DNA from: Macrostomum lignano
Taxonomy: Eukaryota
Reading direction: 5' to 3'
NCBI GenBank assembly: GCA_002269645.1
Contig: NIVC01001982.1
Location: forward strand, 152,295-216,294
Length of the DNA stretch: 64,000 nucleotides
Below, in pieces: positions 37,222 through 50,400 of the stretch. The notes under the pieces were generated by a model. The model saw only the letters and a program-made list of their open reading frames with translations, did not search any database and was not told the origin of the DNA. Position numbers and translations under genes: made by a program. Each line of letters starts with the position of its first letter. Position 1 is the first letter of the stretch.

Positions 37222-40200
37222 GCCTTCAATCATCACTGTCAACTGGAGCAGCTGCCAACCGAGTTGCTAACCAGGATTTTATCCGAGCTAGACCAGGCCA
37301 CCCTTGGCCGATGTGCTCAGCTGAACAAGCGATGGCGTCAGCTCACTGCTCAGCCCCTTCTATGGCGCAACAGTATTCGAATTCGAGCTCAAACCATTAT
37401 TGACAGTCCAACTCCGGTTAACCAGCTGTCGTATTGGACATCTTTCTGTTCATCGGCCAGTATTCAACAGCTGCATTTTGAGTTATGCAGCTTGGACGCT
37501 GAGTACAACAGGCGCAGTGTACAACTGCTCAACACGTTTCTCAGCAACTCGCCCTGTCTGCAGGCTCTGACTATCCAAGGATTCGATGGAATGCCTACTG
37601 AAGAGCAAAATCCGCTAGTAGTTCTGGGGCAATCCTGTTCTCAGCTTTGTACTTTAAAATTGATTCGCTTTGGCAGAGATCTGCTGACTGAGGAATCCGT
37701 GACCGCTTTAAACGAAGGCTGTTTGGAACTTGTCGATTTGGAATTTCGTCAGAGTGTCCTAGCTGGACCGGACTCCAGTCCACTGCCGCTACCTCAGCTG
37801 GCATCTCTGTTTAGCCGGTTGACGCGGCTGAACTTTCTGCATGAAGCTACGTTTCCTTTGTTTCTGGACGAAATGGTTGATGGTACTAGTATTCGCGAGC
37901 TTGTCTTGAATGCCAGCGATCTGTGCTATGATGGTTGGTGTTAATTGCTATTTTTTCATTACAAATGCTTTATGAGATTTTCTAACCTAGGGTTTTTTAA
38001 ACTAATGTACTCTTATATGATCATTATCATATATTATCATACCCTCGATCATAATCTAGGGAATTCCTCATCTGGCAGCTCTAGGATTTCCTATCGGGAA
38101 ATTTCCCACCTAAGCGATATCCCATCTAGGATATTTTTTCACCTAGGAAATTTCCTACCTCTTGGATTTCCAACTAAGGGATTTCCCATCAGGGATTTTC
38201 CACCTAGGGGATTTACAACTACGGGATTTCCCACCTAGATGATTTCCCACCAGGGATTTTCCATCTAGGTAATTTCCCACCAGGGGATTTCCCACCTAGG
38301 GGATTTCCCACCAGGGATTTTCCACCTAGGTAATTTCCCACCAGGGGATTTCCCACCTAGGGGATTTCCAACGAAGGGATTTTCCACCTAGGTAATTTCC
38401 CACCAAGAATTTTCCACGTAGGGGATTTCTAACTAAGGCTAAGGGATTTCCCACCTAGGTGATTCCCACCAGGGATTTTCTACGTAGGGGATTTCCCACC
38501 TAGGGGATATTCCACCTAACCTGTATGATTTTTCACTTAAAGTATTCCACTTACGGAACTTCCCCTCCAGAAAATTTCCCACTTGGGGGATTTCCTATCT
38601 CTGGGATTTCGACCTAATGGATTTCCCACCTAGGGGATTTCTCACCTAACCTGTATGATTTCTCATCTAGGGGATTCCCACTTAGGGGACTTCCCCTTTA
38701 GGAAATTTCCCACTCGGGGGGGGGGGGTTTCCACCTTGGTAATCCCCATTTAAGGGATTTCCCACCAAATGAGATATTTTTGAGAAAAAAATATATTCCC
38801 TTAACGCAGAAAATTTGCACCGGCTGCTGTCTCTGGCTCCCTACCTGACGACTCTGAAGCTTCAATTCGGCGAGTTCACCGAAAGTCACGCGGGTCCTCT
38901 GGCTTCCGGCTGTCCGAATCTGCAGTCTTTAGTGCTGAAAAATGTCTCGCTATGTATGATTAGCGCAACCGGTTTTGTGGAACTGCTCAATGGCTGTCCC
39001 AAGTTGCGGCGACTCAAGATATCCAGTCATGACGAGCTGGACTCAGAGTGCTATCGCAAAATTGTTGCTAATCTACCTTCGGGCATTGAAGATTTGAAGC
39101 TGCCGAGTTTTCGGAAACTGAGACAGCCGGACTTACAATCGCTACTGCCGCGATGTCTCAAGAGATTTGAGCTGCCAATTCAAGAGCTTAAACATGGCTG
39201 TATGCGGGGCTTGCTGGTTGGATTGCGACCATGCTCTGGTGAGTAGATTTTTCCAATTTCTCCTATCTCACGCTAGATTCTCCCATCTCACCCTAGATTC
39301 TCCAATATCACCCTAGATTCTCCAATATCACCCTAGATTATCCTATCTCACGCTAGATTCTCCCATCTCACCCTAGATTCTCCAATATCACCCTAGATTC
39401 TCCAATATCACCCTAGATTATCCTATCTCACGCTAGATTCTCCCATCTCACCCTAGATTCTCCAATATCACCCTAGATTATCCTATCTCACGCTAGATTC
39501 TCCTATCTTACTCTTGATTCTCCTATCTCACCCTAGATTATCCTATCTCACCCCAGATTTTCCAATCTCACTCTAGATTCTTTTATCTCACCCTAGATTT
39601 TTAATCTCACTCTTGAGTTCTCACATCCCACCCTAAATTCTCCTATCTCACGCTAGATACTCCTATCTCACCCTAGATTCTCCCATCTCACTCTAGATTC
39701 TCGTATTTCACGCTAGATTCTCCTATCTCACGCTAGATACTCTTATCTCACCCTAAATTCTCCTATCTCAACCTAGATTATCCTATCTCACCCTAGATTC
39801 TCCTATCTCACGCTAGATACTCTTATCTCACCCTAAATTCTCCTATCTCACCCTAGATTATCCTATCTCACCCTAGATTCTCCAATCTCACTCTAGATTC
39901 TTCTATCTCACTCTCGATTTTTAATCTCACTCTTGAGTTCCCACATCCCACCCTGAATTCTCCTATCTCACCCTATATTATCCTATCTCACCATAGATTC
40001 TCCAATCTCACTCTAGATTTTCCCATCTCACCCTGAAATTCATTTATCTAAACGCAAAGATTTGGGAATCGCTGGCTCACCCATCGCGCAAAACCCTCAC
40101 TCGCCTACTTCAGACCTGACCAGTCTGAACATCAGCGACTGCGATGACAAACTGCTGTCCGATTTGCTCACCCTGCTGCCCCGCCTGCGTCGCCTCCGCC

Positions 40201-40553
40201 TCACCAACTGCAATCGCCTGAGCGGCAAAGTGTGGGAAAATCTGCTCAAACGTGAAGCCACTCAGCCACTGCCTGAGCTGCACGAATTCGCGGCATTGAA
40301 GTTTAGCGATGCCAGTCTAAATGACGAATTCGTGGCGGAACTGTGCCGCACTCCGGTTGCTAGGGGCCTCCGCAGGCTAGAGCTGAGCGACTGTCGCAGC
40401 CTCACTGACTCTGCCTTGGTCAGCATCGCCGGGGCCTGCCCGCATCTGACTGACCTGAAGCTGTCGGGTTTACAATTTGACAATTTTGCAAACGGATTGG
40501 ATCAGTTTCTGAACTCGTATGGAGGTCGGCGAGTGATTGATTCTGGCGTTTGA
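37222..40553 (+). CDS. F-box/leucine-rich-repeat protein (exons 37222-37933, 38810-39238, 40114-40553; first exon not located)
   Basis: F-box LEQLPTELLTRILSELDQATLGRCAQLNKRWRQL; repeated CPxLxxLxL-type LRRs; splice phases consistent. Confidence 0.85.
38050..38760. repeat. Intronic imperfect minisatellite (GGGATTTCCCACCTAG-type)
   Basis: Direct inspection; fills the intron. Confidence 0.9.
39245..40040. repeat. Intronic minisatellite, 20-bp unit TCTCCTATCTCACCCTAGAT
   Basis: Direct inspection; related degenerate units also at ~36640-37180. Confidence 0.95.
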
Positions 40554-40829
40554 CTGTGCTGGGCGATCTTTTTTGCTCAAATTATAATTACCTTTTTTAT
40601 GCGTTTTTGACTGTGAACTTTTGTAACTGGCAGTTTTACGTATTGCTGCATTTCTTGTACTTTGTGTGATCAATAACTGACGCTTTGTTGTTTCTCACGA
40701 TTATACCCGGAAGAGGGGCGATTTTTCCAAAAATCGAGAGGGAGTGATTGAGTGATTGAGAGGGAGATTGTTCCAGACATTGTGGTTGAATAGCGATTTT
40801 TCCTTGAGATGCTTAGGGGCATTTTTTCT

Positions 40830-41140
40830 AAGATAGTTGTTTAAAGGGCGATTTTTACCCAAGATGGTTAGTTAAAGGGCGATTTTTCCCCAAGATGGTT
40901 AGTTGAAGGGCGATTTTCCCCCCAAGATAGCTAGTTGAAGGGCGATTTTTCCCCAAATATAGCTAGTTGAAGGGCGATTTTTCCCCCAAGATAGCTAGTT
41001 AAAGGGCGATTTTTCCCCAATATGGTTAGTTAAAGGGCGATTTTTCCCCAAGATGGTTAGTTCAAGGGCGATTTTTCCCCAATACGGTTAGTTAAAGGGC
41101 GATTTTTTTCCAAGATGGTTGGTTGAAGGGCGATTTTTTC
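40830..41140. repeat. Minisatellite, ~31-bp unit AAAGGGCGATTTTTCCCCAAGATGGTTAGTT
   Basis: Direct inspection. Confidence 0.9.
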
Positions 41141-41854
41141 CACAGGTCAGAAGAGCAATCTTCCCAAAATTACCAATAATTTTAGACTTTTACCAATAAA
41201 GATTAAAATAGCGATTTTCCAAGAAAGAGTCGAGTTTTTTTAGTCAGTGACAAAGCATTTTTCTGTTGTGCAAGGGCTACCGTATTTTGGAAGTGATCTG
41301 AGCCTGTGCTCTAACAAATGAGGGTCTGATTTTGCGCGCAAAATTGTATTTTCTTTTACATACTACTTGTCGCACCTATTCTCTCAAGTAGTATGATCGC
41401 ATTTGTATCCTTTAATTTCGATAATTTTCAGTATTTTATGCACCAAATAGAACTTAAATAAATGAAAATGGTAACAATATAAAAACCAGCTTTCAATATT
41501 TTCGAATAAACATGCACAAAAGACATCAGGAAAGTTTTTTAAACTTTTTTTCTTCAAATTAATACCACTTTGAAATTGCATGAAAGGTCGTTGCACCGTT
41601 GCGTTAGATGATTAATAATTCAACACTTCAACACTTATTTAACAATATTTAGAAAATCAAAAAGTGTCAAGCAAATGTATCAATAAAAATCAATTTTTTA
41701 GAAACAAAAATTCAAGCTTGAAGCAAGCAAACAGAAATTTCTGCGGATTAATGAAATTACAGACAAAGTGGAGATCTTTCGTTTATTGACAATTAGAAAC
41801 TATAAATACGGGACATTGTCTGGAGTAAATGGAGAATACTCTGGAGCGTGCAAG

Positions 41855-42975
41855 ATTGACTCCCAATCAATAATTGGTGCAAGATTGACTCGCAATAAAT
41901 AATTGGTGCAAGATTGACTCCCAATAAATAATTGGTGCAAGATTGACTCCCAATAAATAATTGGTGCAAGATTGACTCCCAATAAATAATTGGTGCGAGA
42001 TTGACTCCCAATCAATAATTGGTGCAAGATTGATTCCCAATCAATAATTGGTGCAAGATTGACTCCCAATCAATAATTGGTGCGAGATTGACTCCCAATC
42101 AATAATTGGTGCAAGATTGACTCCCAATCAATAATTGGTGCAAGGTTGACTCGCAATCAATAATTGGTGCAAGATTGACTCGCAATCAATAATTGGTGCA
42201 AGATTGATTCCCAATCAATAATTGGTGCAAGGTTGACTCCCAATCAATAATTGGTGCAAGATTGACTCCCAATCAATAATTGGTGCAAGATTGACTCCCA
42301 ATAAATAATTGGTGCGAGATTGACTCCCAATCAATAATTGGTGCAAGATTGACTCCCAATCAATAATTGGTGCAAGATTGATTCCCAATCAATAATTGGT
42401 GCAAGGTTGACTCCCAATCAATAATTGGTGCGAGATTGACTCGCAATCAATAATTGGTGCAAGATTGACTCGCAATCAATAATTGGTGCAAGATTGACTC
42501 GCAATCAATAATTGGTGCGAGATTGACTCGCAATCAATAATTGGTGCAAGATTGATTCCCAATCAATAATTGGTGCAAGATTGACTCCCAATCAATAATT
42601 GGTGCAAGATTGACTCCCAATCAATAATTGGTGCAAGATTGACTCCCAATCAATAATTGGTGCGAGATTGACTCCCAATCAATAATTGGTGCAAGATTGA
42701 CTCCCAATCAATAATTGGTGCAAGGTTGACTCGCAATCAATAATTGGTGCGAGATTGACTCCCAATCAATAATTGGTGCAAGATTGACTCCCAATCAATA
42801 ATTGGTGCAAGGTTGACTCGCAATCAATAATTGGTGCGAGATTGACTCCCAATCAATAATTGGTGCGAGATTGACTCCCAATCAATAATTGGTGCAAGGT
42901 TGACTCGCAATCAATAATTGGTGCGAGATTGACTCCCAATCAATAATTGGTGCAAGATTGTTTCCCAATCAATAT
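41855..42975. repeat. Minisatellite, 29-bp unit GATTGACTCCCAATCAATAATTGGTGCAA, about 38 copies
   Basis: Direct inspection. Confidence 0.95.
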
Positions 42976-43519
42976 TTTGGAATTCGGTATTTAAAACAGT
43001 TGAATTATTACGAATAATAAATATGATTTACGAGCGTAGCTAGTGCATTAAATCCAGTTTTTTAAAATAATTAATTTACACCAAACAAAATAACAAAGCG
43101 GACAGTTAAAACAACAACTAAACGCACCAAAATAACAGTGAGCACATACACAAAAGAGTTCTCTTATACAATTTACTAATTAGCAATAAGAATAACAACA
43201 TGCTTAATTAACATCTAATTATCCTTGTTCTTCACATGTATAAATATTGCATTTTGTAAGCTTTTGAATTGCAATGTCAAGAAATGGAACATTAATAAAA
43301 TGGTGACGTCATGCAGACAGGAGGGGGTAAGGAGAATTAATGCAAGCAAATCAATATTTCAGTAATTAATGAATGTGTTCTCCCCATGACAACTTCAGGC
43401 TACTGAATAACAATAATTTTTACACGCATGTACTCACAATGAGACACTCAGATATCGTAGTGCGCTAAAATCAGAAACAATTTTATACAGTGGTACATTC
43501 TACTTATTGATGGGGAAGC

Positions 43520-44280
43520 TTCAGTAGATTCTACTACAGATTCAATAGTTCATTGGGTAGATTCTACTACAGATTCGGTAGTTTAGTGGGTAGATTCTAC
43601 TACAGATTCGGTAGTTCATTGGGTAGATTCTACTACAGATTCGGTAGTTTATTGGGTAGATTCTACTACAGATTCGGTAGTTTAGTGGGTAGATTCTACT
43701 ACAGAATCGGTTGTTCATTGGGTAGATTCTACTACAGATTCGGTAGTTTAGTGGGTAGATTCTACTACAGAATCGGTTGTTCATTGGGTAGATTCTATCT
43801 AAAGATTCGGTAGTTTATGGGTAGACTCCACTACAGAATGGGTAGTTTATGGGTAGACTCTACTACAGAATGGGTAGTTTATGGGTAGATTCTATCTACA
43901 GAATGGGTAGTTTATGGGTAGACTCCACTACAGAATGGGTATTTTATGGGTAGACTTCACTACAGAATGGGTATTTTATGGATACTCCACTACAGAATGG
44001 GAGTTTATGGGTAGACACCACTACAGAATGGGTAGTTTATGGGTAGACTTCACTACAGAATGGGTAGTTTATGGATACTCCACTACAGAATGGGTAGTTT
44101 ATGGGTAGACTCCACTACAGAATGGGTAGTTTATGGGTAGACTCTACTACAGAATGGGTAGTTTATGGGTAGATTCTATCTACAGAATGGGTAGTTTATG
44201 GGTAGACTCCACTACAGAATGGGTAGTTTTATGGATAGACTCCACTACAGAATGGGTAGTTTATGGGTAGATTCTATCTA
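43520..44280. repeat. Minisatellite, 32-33-bp unit in two sub-arrays
   Basis: ATTCTACTACAGATTCGGTAGTTTAGTGGGTAG grading into ATGGGTAGACTCCACTACAGAATGGGTAGTTT. Confidence 0.95.
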
Positions 44281-44400
44281 CAATGCATGAAATATATTAT
44301 TACCACTTAAGCTCGCACAAAACTATCATAATTCAGTAATGCTTAGCAAACATAAAAAGCAATTCAACATAACAAAATATCACACATCTTAAGCAATCGA

Positions 44401-46640
44401 TCAGATATAGTGAGGAGCCTCCTGCCCAGTCAGCAATCTGAAGATCGATGTCGGCATGGTTTTCATGTGAATCTCGCCAACCCCGGAGGCCAGCATAGCA
44501 ACAATGCGGTCGTGCGGAGTGGCCACCACAGACTGGCCGTTAATCTCGATAATCCGGTGCCCGACTCGAACCCCGCCCCGCTCGGCAATGCCGCCTCTCA
44601 GCAGGGAACAAATCACGCCATTCTGAACGCTGAATCCCAACTGGAATTTCACATCCGGCCGTCGAATGAGGACTTCAACAACTGGCGGGCAGGACACCAG
44701 GCGAACTTTTACAGCCGTGTTGGATTTGCAAGCTCGAACATGCTGCTGGCACGTAGCCAGGGGCAGGCCAACCAGACTGACTCCGTTGATGGCAAGCATC
44801 TGGTCGCCAATGTTCAGCTGGCCGCAGCGAGCGGCAGGACCGGAGGGCTGCATGTTGGCCAGAACCACAGTGGGCAGCATGGAGCCCCAACCGCTCTCCA
44901 CTATCACTACGCCCAGCGGTTCGCCTTTGGTTTTGGGCACTACAACTTCTTTCTGGGTTTCAGATCGGCTGAATAGAGCCAGTTCCTCGCCAATGATGTC
45001 CTGCTGGTTGAGCACATCTTGGTAGTCCATGTCTCTGAGCTGGTAGCCGGGGTCTTCGATGCCGTTGGCGCGTAGGAATTCCATGTAGGCCACTTGGAAG
45101 GCCTGGCCAATCGATTGGGCAACCAGCTGGGCCTGCGAGTTGTTTTAAATTTGGGCCAGGTAATTTGGTTGTCAATATGCGCTGACTGCACTACTGATAG
45201 GGGCAAAGAGGGGTTTTGTGCTTATTTTTATTGGCAAATGCTGAATATTTTTCGGAAATTTTGAAAATGTTCTTATTGTAAAGGGCAACTGAGGATCTGG
45301 GAGACTGGCCCAGAAACTGAGGGTCTGGGGGACTGGCTTAGCATCTGAGGATCTGGAAGGCTGGCCCAGCAGCTGAGGATCTGGTAGGCTGGCCCAGAAA
45401 CTGAGGGTCTGGGAGACTGGCTTAGCATCTGAGGATCTGGGAGGCTGGCCCAGCAGCTGAGGATCTGGTAGGCTGGCCCAGAAACTGAGGGTCTGGGAGA
45501 CTGGCTTAGCATCTGAGGATCTGGGAGGCTGGCCCAGCAGCTGAGGATCTGGTAGGCTGGCCCAGAAACTGAGGGTCTGGGAGACTGGCTTAGCATCTGA
45601 GGATCTGGGAGGCTGGCCCAGCAGCTGAGGATCTGGTAGGCTGGCCCAGAAACTGAGGGTCTGGGAGACTGGCTTAGCATCTGAGGATCTGGGAGGCTGG
45701 CCTAGAAACTGAGGATCTAGGAGGCTGGCCCAGCAACTGAGGATCTGGTAGGCTGGCCCAGAAACTGAGGGTCTGGGAGACTGGCTTAGCATCTGAGGAT
45801 CTGGGAGGCTGGCCTAGAAACTGAGGATCTAGGAGGCTGGCCCAGCAACTGAGGATCTGGTAGGCTGGCCCAGAAACTGAGGGTCTGGGAGACTGGCTTA
45901 GCATCTGAGGATCTGGGAGGCTGGCCCAGCAACTGAGGATCTGGGGGGCTGGCCCAGCAACTGAGGATCTGGGGGGCTGGCCCAGCAACTGAGGATCTGG
46001 GGGGCTGGCCCAGCAACTGAGGATCTATGGGGCTGGCCCAGCATCTGAGGATCTGGGAGGCTGGCCCAGCAACTGAGGATCTAGGAGGCTGGCCCAGCAA
46101 CTGAGGATTTGGGAGACTGGCCCAGCAACTGAGGATCTGGGAGTCTGGCCCAGCAACTGAGGATCTGGGAGGCTGGCCCAGCAGCTGAGGATCTGGGAGG
46201 CTGGCCCAGCAACTGAGGATCTGGGAGGCTGGTCAAGCAACTGAGGATCTGGGAGGCTGGCCCAGCAACTGAGGATCTGGGACCAGAATCAAAACGCACC
46301 ATAAAACCAATCAGGCTAAACACACACAAAAAGTCATTCACCTCGTCAGTCTCAAACACGTGGCAGACAATTTTTGTCTGTCGCCGTTCGCTCTGCTGCA
46401 CGAAGCGCCGCCTGGCCATGAACACCAGCACGTTGCCGATGTCGGCGATGTAGGAGATGGTCTTGAGCGCATGGTCCATCATGATCTCCTGCAGGTTGGT
46501 GTTCAGCACCATGATCTTCTCGGTTGAGATGAACAGGTCGACTGGGACGCAGGGCTGATGCTCCCCGTCTGGTGCCTGCGGGACGGTGCGCGCGGAGGAG
46601 CTCCGTGAGCCTCACAGCATTGCAGCAGTAAGGGAGATGC

Positions 46641-46721
<81 letters not shown>

Positions 46722-46722
46722 C

Positions 46723-46773
<51 letters not shown>

Positions 46774-46776
46774 GGC

Positions 46777-46817
<41 letters not shown>

Positions 46818-46842
46818 GGCAGACAGACAGACAAACAGACAC

Positions 46843-46901
<59 letters not shown>

Positions 46902-46902
46902 C

Positions 46903-46957
<55 letters not shown>

Positions 46958-46960
46958 GGC

Positions 46961-47013
<53 letters not shown>

Positions 47014-47014
47014 C

Positions 47015-47085
<71 letters not shown>

Positions 47086-47294
47086 GTCAGACAGACAGAC
47101 AGTCAGACAGACAGTCAGACAGATAGACAGACAGACAGACAGTCAGACAGATAGACAGACAGACAGAGACACATACACACAGACAGAGACAAACACACAG
47201 ACAGACACACAGACAGAGACAGACACACAGACGGACAGACACAAAGACAGACAGACAGGCAGACAGACAGAGACACATACACACAGATAGACAC

Positions 47295-47337
<43 letters not shown>

Positions 47338-47340
47338 GTC

Positions 47341-47373
<33 letters not shown>

Positions 47374-47414
47374 CAGACAGACACACAGACAGACACACAG
47401 ACAGACAGACACTA

Positions 47415-47461
<47 letters not shown>

Positions 47462-50400
47462 TAGGCAGACAGACAGTCAGACAGACAGTCGGACAGATAG
47501 ACAGACAGACAGAGACACATACACACAGACAGAGACAAACACACAGACAGACACACAGACAGAGACAGACACACAGACAGACACACAGACAGACAGACAG
47601 ACAGACAGACACTAAGACAGACACACAGTTAGTCACACAGACAGACACACAGACACACAGACAGTCAGTCAGTCAGGCACACAGACAGACTCACCTTAAT
47701 CCGGCCCACAGCCTCCTGAGCCTGGGCCATCCTAGTAGACTTGCTGGGCTGTCCCTCCGAGAGCAGCTGAGTGGAGCCCAGGTACAGGGCCCGAAACAGC
47801 AGGCCCTCAATAAGCACCGTAGGCTGGTCCGGGTGACGCACGGCCACTGTGGGAGGATGAGAAGAGTAAAGTGTAAAGTACGAATACTATCAGCATATAT
47901 TAATAAGCCTTTCTATTGTGTTTTATTGCAAAGACGAACAGTTTATCTCAGCCGTCTATATTACGTAATAAGGCAACATACAAAAACAAAGAGTTTAAGG
48001 ATGCAGGATATTGCACACAAGTACTGACTGTGACACAATTATACGGCAGCGGTGAAGGCAGTGTGGCACCAGAAACAGGGGGTGCATAGAGGTACCGCAT
48101 CACAAGCATAATCAAGTTCCGCATAATGCACAAAGACCATATTCCTAGTTAATGGTAGAAAGGCAACAAGGTGTTTACAAAGATCATTAATAACACGGAT
48201 GCACAACTTTTAAGCTGATTTTTGTGACACTATACCCACCATATTTTGTTTGTCTAGCCTTTTAAGCTACTGATTTTTTGAAGTAAGTAGTATCATTAGA
48301 CTATTTCTATAACATTGATTGCCAGCTTAATGCAGAGAGAAAATCGTGTAAACAGCCAATATAAAAAACTTTATATAAAAAACTTACTCTCTTGATTGGC
48401 GAATGTTGAGATAAAAGCAAACGTTGTGTGGGTTTTAAGAGAGGGTCGGGGTAAAATACTAAGAAATAAATGAAACAATATGTTAGTTTATGATGCTACT
48501 ATGTTAGTAAAACATTTAAATAACAGAAAAATGTTGCATGCATATTAAATGTTAATAATTATGTATTATTTATTATCAAATAAATTATTTCTAGCTTCAA
48601 GTATCAAGACACGACTACTCACCTTCTCTGCCTCTGTCTTTGCGCTGATCTTCAAAGCTGCGCTTGTCAGCCTGCAATTCGGGTATTTCAACCCGCCTGT
48701 CGGATTCGTATTGCTTCTGCATCAGGCCTTCCGTGTCGCCATCGCTGTCGTATTCTGTTTGATGAATTTCAATTTTAACAGATTTGCCGGATTATTGAAA
48801 TATTCGTTTTGTATTATTTGTAAGGTAGTTAGTTGTTTAGTTAGTGAGTCAGTGAGGATATAGACAGTCATGCCTATTTATTCCACTTTTATGAAGAAAT
48901 ATAAGTGACAATCTGACAATTCCTTCCTCTTGTCATATTCTTCAACCATAGGGTAGGGCCATAGACAGCCTAAACTACTGTATAACATGGAAAAGTAGAA
49001 TGAACACAACAGGGTCGAGGAAGTACTTGTTGATGGACGAGCTGATTTGTTATGTCTATGGCCCTAAGATGGGCAAGGCTAGGCTATAAACACTTAAATG
49101 ACAAATTAAATATGTTATATACTATTTAACAGTAAGTAGCTAAACTACTTTAATACAGTGGGTGTAGATACCGTAATTTCTAAACAAAAATTAATAAAGC
49201 GTAAAAAAACAGACACAAGCTACTAAAAGTAGTATATAATAACTCAAAAGGACACAACGCTACTAAATGATAAAATAAAGGTGTCATGCATCACACTAAA
49301 ACAAACAGTACTCATGCTAAATAATAAAACACTCAGAGTATAATTTATTCAATTTCGAAATATTATAAATAGGCAATAGAAAGTAGAAAATGAGAATAAG
49401 TAACGGCTGTTCTGAGGCATTCTATCCTTTCTCTCCTTAGCTAGCTAGCTAGAGCAGGAGTCTGTCAATAAATGGTGGGATTAGACTCCGAAGATTATTA
49501 ATAATCCCCTCACACCCGCCCACGCGGCAGGACGGAGCTAATCCCCACGAAAAAGCCCTCTATTTTGTTCTCTTTTCCTCAATCTAAGACAAGAAAATTG
49601 AGCTGTTGAGCTAGACTAGTATTCTTGGCATAGTATGACAGATGGGCTTTGCTCAGTAAAGTTTTATATTATTATTACTACACTTTATTAATATACATAT
49701 ATAATGTGACCCATAAAGTACACGACGTACTTGAAACGATTTTAATGTAAGTTTTCTGCGAGAATAGTCTATATTAACATTGGAACATTAGAACTGGGGC
49801 CGTAGCCTAGTGGCCCAGAGTGGTGCCAGCGGCCCAGGCTCGATTCCCAGTGCAATCACATTAATTTGGGGCTAAATTGGAATCTCGGCTTGGCTCTGCT
49901 CGTGCAATTAAGGCGGCTTTGAGGGCCAACCCACAAGGCACAGTGAAGTGTACATGCCTCTCAGATCTTACTTACGCTTGTATAGTTTCATATAATATGG
50001 CTAGTGATCAGTTAATTGCTAATTAGGACGCATGTAAACAGCATTAAAGACTTATTTTAATTTAATTTTAAATAGACACCAGTCACTATTAATTGTTAGT
50101 TTCTAAACGAAGATGATGTTTAAATCAAATAGCATCCACATGAAAGCCACCCCCTGGCTGATGCCCATTAATCCATGGCTTAAATCCCGGATATACCTCG
50201 TATCAAGTTCCCATTGAATCATATAAATCCCCCAAATATAATAAATCAGTATATAAATATAACGGTTAAATTTATATCCTCATTGGAATGAGATTAGAAA
50301 AGCAAACAGTTTGCTATTAGAGGTTTCAGAGGCTCGAGAAGATAAAAAATCAATTAACTATACATTAAAGTAAACTTTTTTGGCAAAAATGCAAAAAACA

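Noticed and set aside
41855-42975. 29-bp and other 26-33-bp arrays as CRISPR
   Set aside because: Units are head-to-tail with no unique spacers, no cas genes, eukaryotic context.
45172-46240. Repetitive 100-200 aa ORFs
   Set aside because: Translations of the 28-bp minisatellite inside an APBA intron.
46352-47650. Long SVCL/QTDR ORFs
   Set aside because: Translations of the (GACA)n intronic microsatellite.
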